A program made the position numbers and the translations under genes. DNA of 61,222 nt, filler included. It is 10 parts of 10 records of this genome, joined end to end, with 100 filler letters (N's around TTAATTAATTAA, not from the genome) between each part and the next. Parts side by side here need not be neighbours in the genome. Positions count along the whole stretch, not along the records: positions 1 to 3,984 come from SRR20825010_4993; positions 4,085 to 10,607 come from SRR20825010_4995; positions 10,708 to 16,378 come from SRR20825010_4996; 7 more parts are not named here. One strand, 5' to 3'. Below the pieces are notes generated by a model. It had not been told where the DNA came from, ran no database searches, and worked only from the letters and a program-made list of their open reading frames with translations. Positions 1-11,231 of this stretch are shown one piece after another. The stretch's first letter is position 1; each line of letters begins with the position of its first letter.

Positions 1-280
1 TATGCGACTAAATCAACAGCCTGCTAGGCGTTGGGAGACTTCAAGGGCGTGCGAAGTTTTCGTGTGATGGATCGGCACGTGGTTTGCGAAAGCGTGGAAA
101 CGTGAAATAGCGACGATGACGCTCCCGGTGTGTGCGGTTGTTGGCTGTTTTGGTCGTGGGGCTACTCGAACCCGCGTCGATGTTCCCCACTTGCTACTTG
201 GATGTTGCCATGCAGTTGTTGTCGCTCATCCAATTGGGGTTCGTGGTTGAGTCCGGTGGTCCTGGTTTGCAGGACGCCCG

Positions 281-1468
281 TTGATGTCGCACATCCATCA
301 GTTCCATACCATTCTGACTGGAGCCCGTCCGGAGCGACGACGCGAAAAGTCGGATGAGTTGATGGCCGTCGAGCAGTTGTCGAAGAATGTTCGTTGGGCG
401 TCGTTCGGCATTTGGTTGTGCGCCGGATTTCTGACTTTGTATGCGTTGTACATCGGTCGAAACCTATTCATGCCAATCCTGGTTGCCGGGTTCGCTTATC
501 TGACACTCCGGCCAGTGGTTCGAGCGATGGGCCGAATCGGAATTCCATCCGGTGTTGCCGCCACCACGATCATGCTGGCGATTGCGACTGTTTTCGGAAC
601 GATCGGCTATGTATTGTCTGGTCCTGCGCAAGACATGCTGCAGCAGGTGCCGAGATCCCTGCCCGAAGTCAAAGAAAAGCTGGGTTTCGTTTTTGACCAT
701 TTAGAAACCGTCAACCAAGCCACGGAAGATATCTCGGACACGGCCGACAAGGAAAATATCACGTCCGAGGAGAAACCGGTTCCGGTGGAAATCAAACAGC
801 CGGCTTGGACAACCACGTCACCGTTGATCGCCGGGACGGGAAACGCGGTTTCGTTTGTCTCCATTGCCGCGGCGTTGCTGTTCTTCTTGATGGCGGCGGG
901 TGATTCGTTGATCGTCTCCGTCGTCAGCTCGTTGCCGTCCTTTTCGTCCAAGCGACGGTTCATCGAAGTCTTGGAAGGTGTTCAAGACGCTCTGAGTAGT
1001 TATCTGGCGTGGGTCACCTGCATCAACGCGTGTCTGGGTGTTTGTATAGGAACTGCGATGTGGTTGCTGGGGATGCCCTCGCCGTTGTTGTGGGGAGTTG
1101 CGGCCATGTTTTTGAACTTCATTCCCATCGTCGGCGCAATGGTCGGAATCGCGATGGTGTTCTTCGTCGCTCTGGTCAGCTTTGAACATGCATCGTTCGC
1201 GTTTGTGGTCGCGGGAACTTACGCGACGCTGACCACATTGGAAGGTCAGTTCATCACACCGACTCTGTTGGGCAAATCGATGAAGCTTTCGTCCGTGCTG
1301 GTGTTCATCTCAATCGTGATTTGGGGATGGATGTGGGGAATGCTGGGTGTGTTCTTGGCCGTCCCGATTTTGATTGCGGTCGTGATGGTGATGGAGAAGT
1401 TGGAGGCCACTTCTTCGATGAATGCCATGTTGAACGGCGCCGTTGGAAAGGCCGCAAATCCTGAGTGA
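281..1468 (+). CDS. AI-2E family (PerM/YhhT-like) transporter
   Basis: 395 aa, multiple TM helices; C-terminal LNFIPIVGA...LEGQFITPTLLGK...WGWMWGMLGVFLAVP typical of AI-2E. True start may be 284 or 362. Confidence 0.85.
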   Translation: MMSHIHQFHTILTGARPERRREKSDELMAVEQLSKNVRWASFGIWLCAGFLTLYALYIGRNLFMPILVAGFAYLTLRPVVRAMGRIGIPSGVAATTIMLAIATVFGTIGYVLSGPAQDMLQQVPRSLPEVKEKLGFVFDHLETVNQATEDISDTADKENITSEEKPVPVEIKQPAWTTTSPLIAGTGNAVSFVSIAAALLFFLMAAGDSLIVSVVSSLPSFSSKRRFIEVLEGVQDALSSYLAWVTCINACLGVCIGTAMWLLGMPSPLLWGVAAMFLNFIPIVGAMVGIAMVFFVALVSFEHASFAFVVAGTYATLTTLEGQFITPTLLGKSMKLSSVLVFISIVIWGWMWGMLGVFLAVPILIAVVMVMEKLEATSSMNAMLNGAVGKAANPE

Positions 1469-1554
1469 CCTTATCGCGTCGCTGTTCTGACTTCCCTTTT
1501 TGCAATCGTATCAATTCAAACTCGTTTCTATTCCTCTTCTAGCAAAGAAGTTCT

Positions 1555-3036
1555 ATGTCCGAAGAATCCAAATGCCCGTTTCAAACTCAGCAATTCGGCC
1601 GGGCGGTCGATGACAATCAGCATTCGCAAACCGCTGGACCGCGTGGGCCCGTCTTGATGCAGGACGTTCACCTGGTCGAGAAAATGGCGCACTTCAATCG
1701 GGAACGGATTCCGGAACGGGTTGTTCACGCAAAGGGCTATGGAGCCTTTGGCACGTTCACGGTCACGAACGACATCACCAAGTACTGCATGGCGGATTTG
1801 TTCTCGGAAGTTGGCAAGAAAACGGAAACCTTTGCCCGTTTCTCGACCGTCGGTGGCGAAAGCGGTTCGGCTGACACGGCCCGTGACCCACGTGGGTTCT
1901 CGCTGAAGTTTTACACCGATCAAGGAGTTTGGGATTTGGTCGGCAACAACACGCCGATCTTTTTTATTCGTGATCCGTTGAAGTTCAGCGATTTCATTCG
2001 AACTCAAAAACGCGAGCCGCAGAATCATTTGCAACCTCATTGGCGTCGTTGGGACTTTTGGGGCGAGGTGCCCGAGGCTCTTCATCAGGTGATGTTCCTT
2101 TACAGCGATCGTGGAACACCAAAGAGTGCACGCTTCATGAATGGCTACGGCAGCCACACGTTCAGCATGTACAACAAAGACGGTGTCCGGCACTGGGTGA
2201 AGTTCCATCTGAAGACCGAACAAGGTTCAGAGAACTTCAGTGCGGACGAAGCGATCAAAATGGCCGGCGAAGCGCCAGATTACTCGACGCGTGATTTGTT
2301 TGAAGCGATTGAGAAGGGCGACTTCCCTCGGTGGCGAATGCACATTCAGGTCATGCCAGAGTCTGACGCTGCAGATTACGAATGGCATCCATTCGATTTG
2401 ACCAAGGTATGGCCGCACGATGACTATCCGTTGATTGAAGTCGGCGTGTTTGAATTGAATCGCAATCCGTCCAACTACTTCCAAGATGTTGAGCAAGCCG
2501 CCTTTGAGCCTGGCAACTTGGTCGAGGGCATCGGGATCTCACCCGATCGCATGTTGCAGAATCGCGTGCTGTCTTATCCCGATGCACACCGGTATCGGTT
2601 GGGTGTGAACTATCACCAGATCCCAGTTAACCAACCGCGCTGTCCTTATGCGACTTATCACCGTGACGGGACGATGCGAGTGGACGGAAACGGCGGTGGG
2701 ACGGTTGATTATGAACCCAACAAGATGAACGGTCCGAAGGAAACCGGGCGAACGATGGAGCCGCCCATGCCAGTGCACGGCGATGGCGATCGCTACGACG
2801 AGTTCGCGTGCGATGACAAGGACTACTACGGCCAGCCTCAGATGTTCTGGAACAAGGTGCTGGACGAAGGAGCTCGCGAACGACTTTGCACTGCGATCTC
2901 CAATTCGATGGCCGACAGCCCGGAGAACATCCGCGAAAAGATGTTGGCCCAGTTCGGCAAAGTGCATCCGGATTTTGAAGCGGGTGTGCGCAGTCGCTTG
3001 GATGCTCCCAAGTCACAACCGATCCCAATCGCGTAA
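1555..3036 (+). CDS. katA: Monofunctional heme catalase (small-subunit type)
   Basis: Active-site motif FNRERIPERVVHAKG and heme-ligand motif RVLSYPDAHRYRLG; 493 aa. Confidence 0.95.
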   Translation: MSEESKCPFQTQQFGRAVDDNQHSQTAGPRGPVLMQDVHLVEKMAHFNRERIPERVVHAKGYGAFGTFTVTNDITKYCMADLFSEVGKKTETFARFSTVGGESGSADTARDPRGFSLKFYTDQGVWDLVGNNTPIFFIRDPLKFSDFIRTQKREPQNHLQPHWRRWDFWGEVPEALHQVMFLYSDRGTPKSARFMNGYGSHTFSMYNKDGVRHWVKFHLKTEQGSENFSADEAIKMAGEAPDYSTRDLFEAIEKGDFPRWRMHIQVMPESDAADYEWHPFDLTKVWPHDDYPLIEVGVFELNRNPSNYFQDVEQAAFEPGNLVEGIGISPDRMLQNRVLSYPDAHRYRLGVNYHQIPVNQPRCPYATYHRDGTMRVDGNGGGTVDYEPNKMNGPKETGRTMEPPMPVHGDGDRYDEFACDDKDYYGQPQMFWNKVLDEGARERLCTAISNSMADSPENIREKMLAQFGKVHPDFEAGVRSRLDAPKSQPIPIA

Positions 3037-3195
3037 TCGGCATATCTGTTGCTTTGTACAGCGATGGTCATCCCTAACTCAGGTGGCCGTCGCTTTTTTT
3101 GTGCGTCTCACTCGGTCAAACGCGGGGGATTGCGCGATCTGGGTGACCAGATATTGCCCCACCTCCCCCCCATTTTTGACTCACCGGAGACCAGT

Positions 3196-3984
3196 ATGTT
3201 CGGATTTCGTTCTGCCCGCTTGCTCGATAATCAATCACTTGATCAGCACGACACTTCTCATTCCGAAAAAGAGCTTGGGAAATCTCGGAAACTGAGAGGA
3301 CGCAGAACGAAAACACGCCGTTCAACTCTGAATCGATTGATCGGCGAGCGTCTCGAGGAGCGTCGTGTTCTGGCTGCCTACGTCGTCGACACTGCTTTGG
3401 ACGTCGTCGCCGAAGATGGCATGGTCAGTCTGCGAGAGGCGATCCAGGCGTCGAACAGCAATATGGCGATCAATGCGGATACCGCAGCCGGTAGTCCTAC
3501 CTCGACCGAAATCGACAGCATCAGCTTTGCCGATGGGCTGAGCACGATTCTTTTAAGCAGCGAACTGGAGATCACCGAATCGCTTCGGATCTCCTTGGGT
3601 GATTCATCCGGCCAAATCGTCAGTGGCGACAATTCATCCCGGATTTTTGCGATCAACGCGTCAGGGGATGATGCGGTGAGCGTCGACCTTTCCGGGTTGA
3701 CGCTGCAAGACGGAGTGGCGGAATCGGGCGGTGCCATTTACGTCGGATCGGGGCAATCTCTCTCGCTCACCAACGTCACCTTGACGGGGAACATTGCGAC
3801 TGGTGATGACGCTGACATGGGCGGCGGTGCGTTGGCCAATGATGGCGGAAACGTGACGATCGATGATTCAACGATCGTAGGTAACATCGCAAACGGTGCT
3901 TCGGGCAGCGGCGGTGGCATCCTGAACCTGGGAACATTGACAGTGTCGGGCGGCGAGATCAGCGACAACACGGCAAACCGTGCG
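3196..3984 (+). CDS. Large secreted/adhesin-like protein, N-terminal part (truncated by contig end)
   Basis: Planctomycete-type leader motif LEERRVLA, a DGMVSLREAI (CSLREA-like) motif and GGAI/GGAL/GGGI beta-helix repeats; GGAG upstream of ATG 3196. Confidence 0.75.
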
Positions 3985-4084
3985 NNNNNNNNNNNNNNNN
4001 NNNNNNNNNNNNNNNNNNNNNNNNNNNNTTAATTAATTAANNNNNNNNNNNNNNNNNNNNNNNNNNNNNNNNNNNNNNNNNNNN
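3985..4084. other. Artificial contig linker (N44-TTAATTAATTAA-N44); identical linkers at 10608-10707, 16379-16478, 24807-24906, 29294-29393, 35166-35265, 39720-39819, 49723-49822, 56601-56700
   Basis: The same N-flanked 12-mer, which has stop codons in all six frames, occurs nine times; ORFs are cut at it and composition often shifts across it. Confidence 0.98.
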
Positions 4085-4500
4085 CACACAATGTAACAGT
4101 ATTCTATAAGAAATGGTAATAACCATATAAAACGTAAATACGGTGGAACAAAACAGTCCGAATGATATACGTGTGCTACTTATTTATAATAGGCGTAATG
4201 TACATCACACAATGTAATAGTATTCTATAAAAAATGTTAGTAAACCTGTAAAAACATAAGTAATACAACCGGGACATTGCACCCACATTACGGGCTTTGC
4301 AATAAATAAGACATATAGTGTACAACGGAACAATACCGTACAAGAAATAAGATTAAACCCACAAAAAAAAAATAAGTACGTTTCACTAATACGGTCAGGA
4401 TATTGTACACACACTACTTTAATTTCCGTAAGCATAATATGTAACACCCAACGTAACAGTATTTTATAAGAAATGTCACTAAACATATAAAAACAGAATT
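4085..4500 (+). repeat. Diverged tandem repeat, about 4 units of 113-126 bp
   Basis: Core CAAYGTAACAGTATTYTATAAGAAAT-like sequence starts at 4089, 4210, 4323 (more diverged) and 4449. Confidence 0.8.
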
Positions 4501-4931
4501 ATGGTGACGTAATGCAACCAACATAGTATATCGACAGCAATTCATTTACAATAAACATAACACATGTCAAGCATGTAGTGTAATAGCATATTACCAGGGG
4601 ATAATAATATGCTTTACAGTATTTTGTTATCCTGTGTAACACTTCGTGTATCATACAGGGTGCATAATATAACATAATACTTTAAACCACTGCTAGTACA
4701 CACTTCGTGTAGGTACGTGTTACGTGTTTTTATCAAGTTAAAACCTGGATGAATATATAGTGTTAATAATATTGTTAAATTGTAAGGGTCACGCGCAGGC
4801 GTAATGAGTTCAGTGTGGACGTGCACCATAACGTATAAATAAAGCACTACGTGTAAGCAATTTTAAATTTTCTAATTTAATTTTTTTTATTTGATGTGAG
4901 TGTACACGAACATATACATGTCAGATAAAAT

Positions 4932-7900
4932 GGAAAGGTGTGATATATGGGACACGGTTTTGTGCACAACTTAAAATAATTGCATTGCTATTTATGTATA
5001 CACCTTGTGGTGCCGGTCAGCTACCCGTGGAATATACGTTCTAAAAACATATGGCACTTTATAGGTTATTATACTACACAATAATAGGCTCGTATTATGC
5101 GGTAGCATACGTCACGCGCACACGAACTACATCCGGAAAGGTGTATATATTATGTGGGGTGTTACATTCTTACGTAACTCAATCGTCGATACTTACCCCC
5201 AGGCATGGCCATGTATAACTTACGAGACACATATATGTTTATATAGCAATCACGAATAGAATATGTTTATACATGTATAGATAGGTTACTTCAGTAAAAT
5301 CTGAGCCTACAGTGCTTTGCTGCATATTTCACGTGCACACCTTTCCATAGCATGGCTATATGTGGTATGGTTAAACAACACAAAACACATGATCTGTACA
5401 TTCGTCGCAGGTATACACCCCGCGTAACATATCACGTTTGTATAGTACACCTTTCCAACGAGTACTGTGTATATATATATGATACACAAAAAAAACAAAA
5501 ACAATGTATACCCTGTTAGTCCTACACGGTTGCTTCTGTTTTTTTTAAAAGACCAATTCGTGTATGCCGGTAACTTAGTATGTACAAGATCACATACTCA
5601 CAACATTATGTTACTGAAATATACAGTACGTGGTACATACGGTAAATACACTTTGCTTAAAAAGTATAGTACGTATCCCTGGGGACACCACACCTTTCCT
5701 TGGAGTATGTTGTATATCGTTACATACAAAAAAACTTAAAAAAAGCAAGATCCGTAAGTAATAGTTGCACCTCGGTGTATCTCTCCGATTAATACATGTT
5801 ATGCAAGATCGCTTACGTTATGATATGCAGCGTACACTTACAGTTTTTAATTTACTTACTACGCTTATTTTATAGGTTAATTAAATCAAAAAACTTGTAT
5901 TCACCCGCGGGAATATACGTGTAAGTATTCATAACGTATACCAGTACGGCTTGAACTACACCGGTAGCGTGTACGTTGCTATTTTGGGATTATACCATAG
6001 CGCCTACCGAGGAGGTTTTAACGGAAAGGTACACCTGACATGTATGATATTTTTCAAGGTGTGCATACAGTACGGGAGACGTAGGTCATACGTAACTCTC
6101 ATCGTGTAGTATAACGTTAACCTGATCCTTACTGATGTAATGCACGTACACTCACACCCCTTATTTTATGTTATCCTGCATCCCGTGTACATTACACTCC
6201 GGGAAAAGCGGGGTTTGTAATATACGGTAATACAACTGGTAAGGATTACACAACCACTACGTACATGGTAGGACATACACCTTTCCTGCGTAATCCGGGA
6301 AGCCTATAGTACACCAAATCACAAACAAAAAGTTTAATTGTGATAAGGTTGTTGTACATGGCACGCGGCAGCCGTACACTCCGGAAGTACACCCGCTTAC
6401 ACATGACTTGTATACGCACTTGTATGACATCGCGTAATATCCCGGGTATAATTCATGGCTTTCTACATACGAGTGTATACGAGTATGTTACAGCACTACA
6501 CTCTACGCCGGAAAGGTGTAATACATTACTGCATGGCATTAACATGTACGGAAGAATTTACGCACAACAGTATACACCGACATATATCCGGTGGCATGTA
6601 TGATACTACGCCTCGTGTGCGTGTGTAGCGTACGCGTAAACAAGTATTACAGATTATGTATTGTATCCTTTGTAAGACCGCAGTATAGTACATACCGTAC
6701 TGAAAACACCTTTCCAGTACATATACGTGTGCAGCGTGTAAAACAAAAACACAAAAAAAGGAGGATGTTAACTACAGGCGTATATTATACATACACCGGT
6801 AACGTTCCGGTATGTATGTTGTATACATTGTCAGGCAGTACGTCAGTTACGCGTACTACACATTAATACTATACATATTAATATTTCTGTGTAGTTAAAA
6901 GTTCTTAATACGCGTGGTGTGTTACGCTTACGCAGGAAAGGTGTATTTTACACACGTTAAAACGTCAGTGCACACCCATTATGTAACGTATACGTCGTAA
7001 TTAACCTCATCCATTTCCGGTGTAACGTTGCACACGTACTACGGGGTATGATTATTTTCGGAAAGGCATTCATACCATCTATACATGACCACGTATCAGT
7101 TTTGTATAGGACCGGTAGGTTAATATCCCACGTAGAACGCACACCTTTCCAGTAAGGCTAGCACAGGAGGATAGCAAATATTCACCAAAAAAAAACAGCA
7201 AACGTTATACGATTGTCGCAACTGTATACGTATTATATACCACGTCCAGTATATACGTAGCATTACAATAACCGGAGGTAGTGTACTCACATTTTTTATT
7301 GGTGATGTACTTCCCTAGTGTGTGTGTATTACATGGAAAGGTGTACATGTTATGAACAGTAACATTACCGGAAGACCTCCTCCGTGGGTAAGAACACGTC
7401 TGCGCGTTAATATAAGGTTATTCCCGCACCATCCTGTACGGTGTCAGTAAAATTTACAGCATTACAATAACACCTTTCCTAGAAAATCGTGAGCGGTATG
7501 CTATTACAAAAATAGAGCAGAACAAATTACACAAGTGGGTAGTATATATATATATGCGATTACTTACGCAATAGTAGTGTACTACGTCTTACGTTGTGGA
7601 CATACCTAACCGCAGTACGTGTAAGGTTGTACTTGCTATGTATAAATTAAATATAGTCATATCATTATTTATTTTTTTGTCGATAGACAACTACGTAGGG
7701 ATTAGTAGTTTACTCAGGAAAGGTGTATTATGCGATGTGATTTCTACATAACGTGTACCGGGGAAGGACTACATTATTTTGATATCGCCTGCCGTAAGGG
7801 TATACGTGTACTTATTCATAGTATACTGTCTTACACGAAACAACGGTACATGTTTGATTGCGTAGAATATGTTACCGTTTTTTGTGTAGGTCCTGCAACA

Positions 7901-9915
7901 CTATCTGGGGAAAGGTGTTTACCACATATACAATACATAGCACGGTGTAAACGGTTACTAATCACACCTTTCCGGATTAAACATCGTTCGTTAATGCGTA
8001 CTTCAACAACGAAAATAATTAAAAAAAAATAGGTAACACCAATATGTATCATCTCTGGCGTTAACGGGTCCCGTAAGGGTACCTCGGGAGTTACGTTAGA
8101 CTGCGTTGTAACATATTGTATAGTCGTGCAGTAAACATATACACTATGTAAGTCTGCCGTAATGGATCTTCCGCGGTATGTACGGGGTGTATTACATATA
8201 CGGATATTATTACATGTTAGCCATAAGGCACATGTATGTATTCTTACGTGTATTAAAAAACACCTTTCCAACTAGACTAACATATATGTAAAACAGTATA
8301 AAAACACACCCCAAAATGTATACGCACAGACATATGTATGTTGCGGTATTCCCGGTATTGTGGGTACGTAATTACATCCCATATAAACGTGGTTTACATA
8401 TAGTCCCGGTAATACATATACACGTATACGTCCTACGGTAAGTGGGGTTGTTCATTTTCCTATAAAGGTTTGCTTCATCGTTTTTGAATGTTTACAGTTT
8501 GATATGTCTTACGGCCATTGTTGGAAAGGTGTAATCCCCGGGCATATTATTTCCAATATGAAAAAGTGTGTTACAGTGAACACATACTTTTAAGTACTAT
8601 TGTTTAACATAATCCCGACAGCTATACGATGTATGTCTAGCGCAGCGTGTAGTTCTTACGCAGAAAGTAATTTACGCACAATAATATGTACATGTAATAC
8701 GTACGGTTAGGGCTTAAATAAAAATAAAATTAATCAAACATATTCAGAAGGTTTCTCTCGGTTGCCTAGTGTGCGGTTACAGTAGGTAATGCATAATACG
8801 TATACGTATAGTACACCTTTCCAGATATATACTTGTAAGTAATAAACTATTAGTGAATAATACATCAAAATAGAACCTTACCCCCGTAATGTGGTAGCCT
8901 AGCGCACCCAGAAAAAACGATGTCCCCCGTAAGGTATACGTATATTACGTTTATATCATGTCCGGGGGAGGGTTAATACATAATGTATAATAAAAAGTAA
9001 TTATTATGTTGAACGTGGGTACATTGTACGTATAACAGAAGTGTTTCATTACCGTAATAAACCTATGTTATTTTGCCGATAGGCACATGTACGTATACAT
9101 TGTAGTCATAGTAGGAAAGGTGTGCCGGATATGATCCTGGTGATACCTGTAAGCAACTATGTATGCATATAAGGTGGGTGTACTTTTCCCTGTGGTAATA
9201 AATACTCATCCGGAAAGGTGTGTTTTACAATGTGTCTACAGACCTATATAGTAAACCTATACCCGTAATGTCTACTACTTTTTTTGTTGGGAGCGTAATC
9301 ACAACGGCCTTACTTTTAGGAAAGGTGTTGCCTTACAGAGGTTTAATAAAACTCGGGGTGAACGTGTAAACCTAATATATAGTGTACACTATAAAAGTGT
9401 TCACGTGAAACAATGTTAAACTTCTTTTTTTTATGGTGGGAACAGCACCGTATGTAACATGCAGCTACAGGAAAGGTGTGTATGTAGATAGAGTCCTGCA
9501 CCGCCTATACACTACGGGTTAGGTATGTATCACTGTCCATTACATTTGTGTATGGGTGTTACTGTTACGTAGCTGTACATTAACAGCCATAGGAAAGGTG
9601 TATACCATATATTGTAGGCGTGCGTCTATTGCATGTTTCATTCCATAAAAGTACCCCCCGTGTAATAGTAGGCACTCGTATAGTTACAGAATACAGGTGT
9701 TATATTTTATAAATACCCATATAACGTTACTTAATATCATATTTGGTGTTGCTGTTTTACTTGTGTGTAGTACCATGTAATACCTGACACACCTTTCCAG
9801 TGTTGCTTTTACTATTATGGCCTACACAAAAACAAAAGCAACAACGCCAACAAAATTTAATGTAGATCTCTAGGTATGTATAACACCTCGGGTAGTTTGT
9901 ATAACACACCTTTCC
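4932..9915. repeat. Dispersed array of the 10-mer GGAAAGGTGT (reverse complement ACACCTTTCC), 25 exact copies
   Basis: Plus copies start at 4932, 5135, 6510, 6935, 7335, 7717, 7909, 8523, 9114, 9212, 9319, 9470, 9592. Minus copies start at 5337, 5447, 5690, 6277, 6706, 7141, 7470, 7964, 8260, 8813, 9789, 9906. Partial matches at 6023 and 7060. Counted by eye. Confidence 0.93.
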
Positions 9916-10434
9916 AGTAAAGACATATTAGTCGTGGTATAAAACAACCAAACAAAACCAGGTAACAGTTATAACAAATACACCCGTGCCAAGACACAAC
10001 AGTATGCATGCACACAAATGAAAAAATTTAAAACCGTGTACACTAGGTGGGCTGTCTACGCGTTTTTAGTTATGTTTTGTGTATTCTCGTCAAGCGTAGG
10101 TTCTCGTGCTGTGTTACGTATCACGTATAAGTTATATGCATCACTACTAATACACGCCCGTTAGAGCTATGTCCTAGCGATACGTATCCCACACGTACAC
10201 GGAGTGTGTGGTATACACATTTGTCAATTTACTTTATGTTACGTACTACACTGAACATGACGTACTACAATAGGTAATGCGTCCAGGTAAAGCACATTAA
10301 TAACACACCATAATACATGTGGTATGTGTTTACATTGTTTACGAGTATTGCATGCAATGTGCATAACTATGTCACACATACAACCGTGGGATTGTGGTAT
10401 TGCAAAATAGTCATGTTTTTATCCCATTACTAAT

Positions 10435-10607
10435 ATTTATTATACTATACTGTTACGTTGTGTGGTATACACTACGTTTATTGTAAGCGAAGTACTATGC
10501 ACATATACATATACAATAGCCATGTAATAGTGCAACGCACTTACGTTTTTTACAGATTTAATAATACTTCTTACATTATACTGTTACGTTGTGTGTTATA
10601 CACTACG
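10435..10607 (-). repeat. Two repeat units (period 131 bp) homologous to the left-end repeat, in inverted orientation
   Basis: TACTGTTACGTTGTGTG at 10448-10464 and 10579-10595, each followed by (G/T)TATACACTACG; matches the reverse complement of CACACAATGTAACAGTA (4085-4101) at 16/17. Confidence 0.8.
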
Positions 10608-10707
10608 NNNNNNNNNNNNNNNNNNNNNNNNNNNNNNNNNNNNNNNNNNNNTTAATTAATTAANNNNNNNNNNNNNNNNNNNNNNNNNNNNNNNNNNNNN
10701 NNNNNNN

Positions 10708-10924
10708 TCTCGATACCGGACGCAGGCGCATCTGCAAGGCCGATCTCATCCAGCGCCAGCAGGGCGGTGGCATGGATCCGGTCAACCTGAGCGTCGGTCA
10801 GCGGTCGGAATTTTCCACCGGTCATGCCGGGGCGGACAGGGCGGATGTCATCGGAAAGGGCGGCTGCGCGAGAGGCGACACGGGCGGCGCGGCCACCGCT
10901 GCGGCGGGAAAGGGGGGCGGTCAT
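10708..10924 (-). CDS. Trimethylamine methyltransferase (MttB superfamily) protein, N-terminal fragment
   Basis: RRSGGRAARVASRAA...GMTGGKFRPLTDAQVDRIHATALLALDEIG resembles Roseobacter MttB-family N-termini; truncated at the linker. Confidence 0.75.
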
Positions 10925-11231
10925 GGTCGGAATTCCATTTTTCGGGGGAACGCTTAAAGGCAGGTCAGAGGCAAAAGACATGGTCCGGCCGACCTCGGGC
11001 CGCACGTCCGCGTCGGGCGCCGATCTTGCGCAGGATCAAGGAGATGGTTGCGTTTTCCCAGCACATGAGGGCCAGCGTTCCCGACAGAACAATTCTTGTC
11101 TGTGCCGAAAACGACGCCATGTCGCTTTTGCTCCGGCGTCGAAAATGTATTCAATTTTACAGGTGGTTAAGGACGCATAAATGCGCCGTGCTTAATGTGC
11201 GAGCACCCGAATCCAACACCGGAGATGTTTG

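Noticed and set aside
4029-4040. Recurrent palindrome TTAATTAATTAA
   Set aside because: Always embedded in N runs at contig joins; it is an artificial six-frame-stop linker.
4932-9915. CRISPR array interpretation of the 10-mer repeats
   Set aside because: The repeat is only 10 bp, occurs in both orientations, is spaced 55-587 bp apart, and no cas genes are present.
4205-10607. Short ORFs (61-146 aa) in the AT-rich contig
   Set aside because: No recognisable motifs, scattered on both strands, and amino-acid composition reflects the RY-alternating DNA. The ISYxILLxCV-like recurrence at the ends is a by-product of the DNA repeat, although a decayed repeat-protein gene cannot be fully excluded.
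10708-10924. Pyrrolysine recoding in the MttB-family gene
   Set aside because: Only the N-terminal ~72 codons are present; the relevant position lies outside the contig and no pyl genes are visible.
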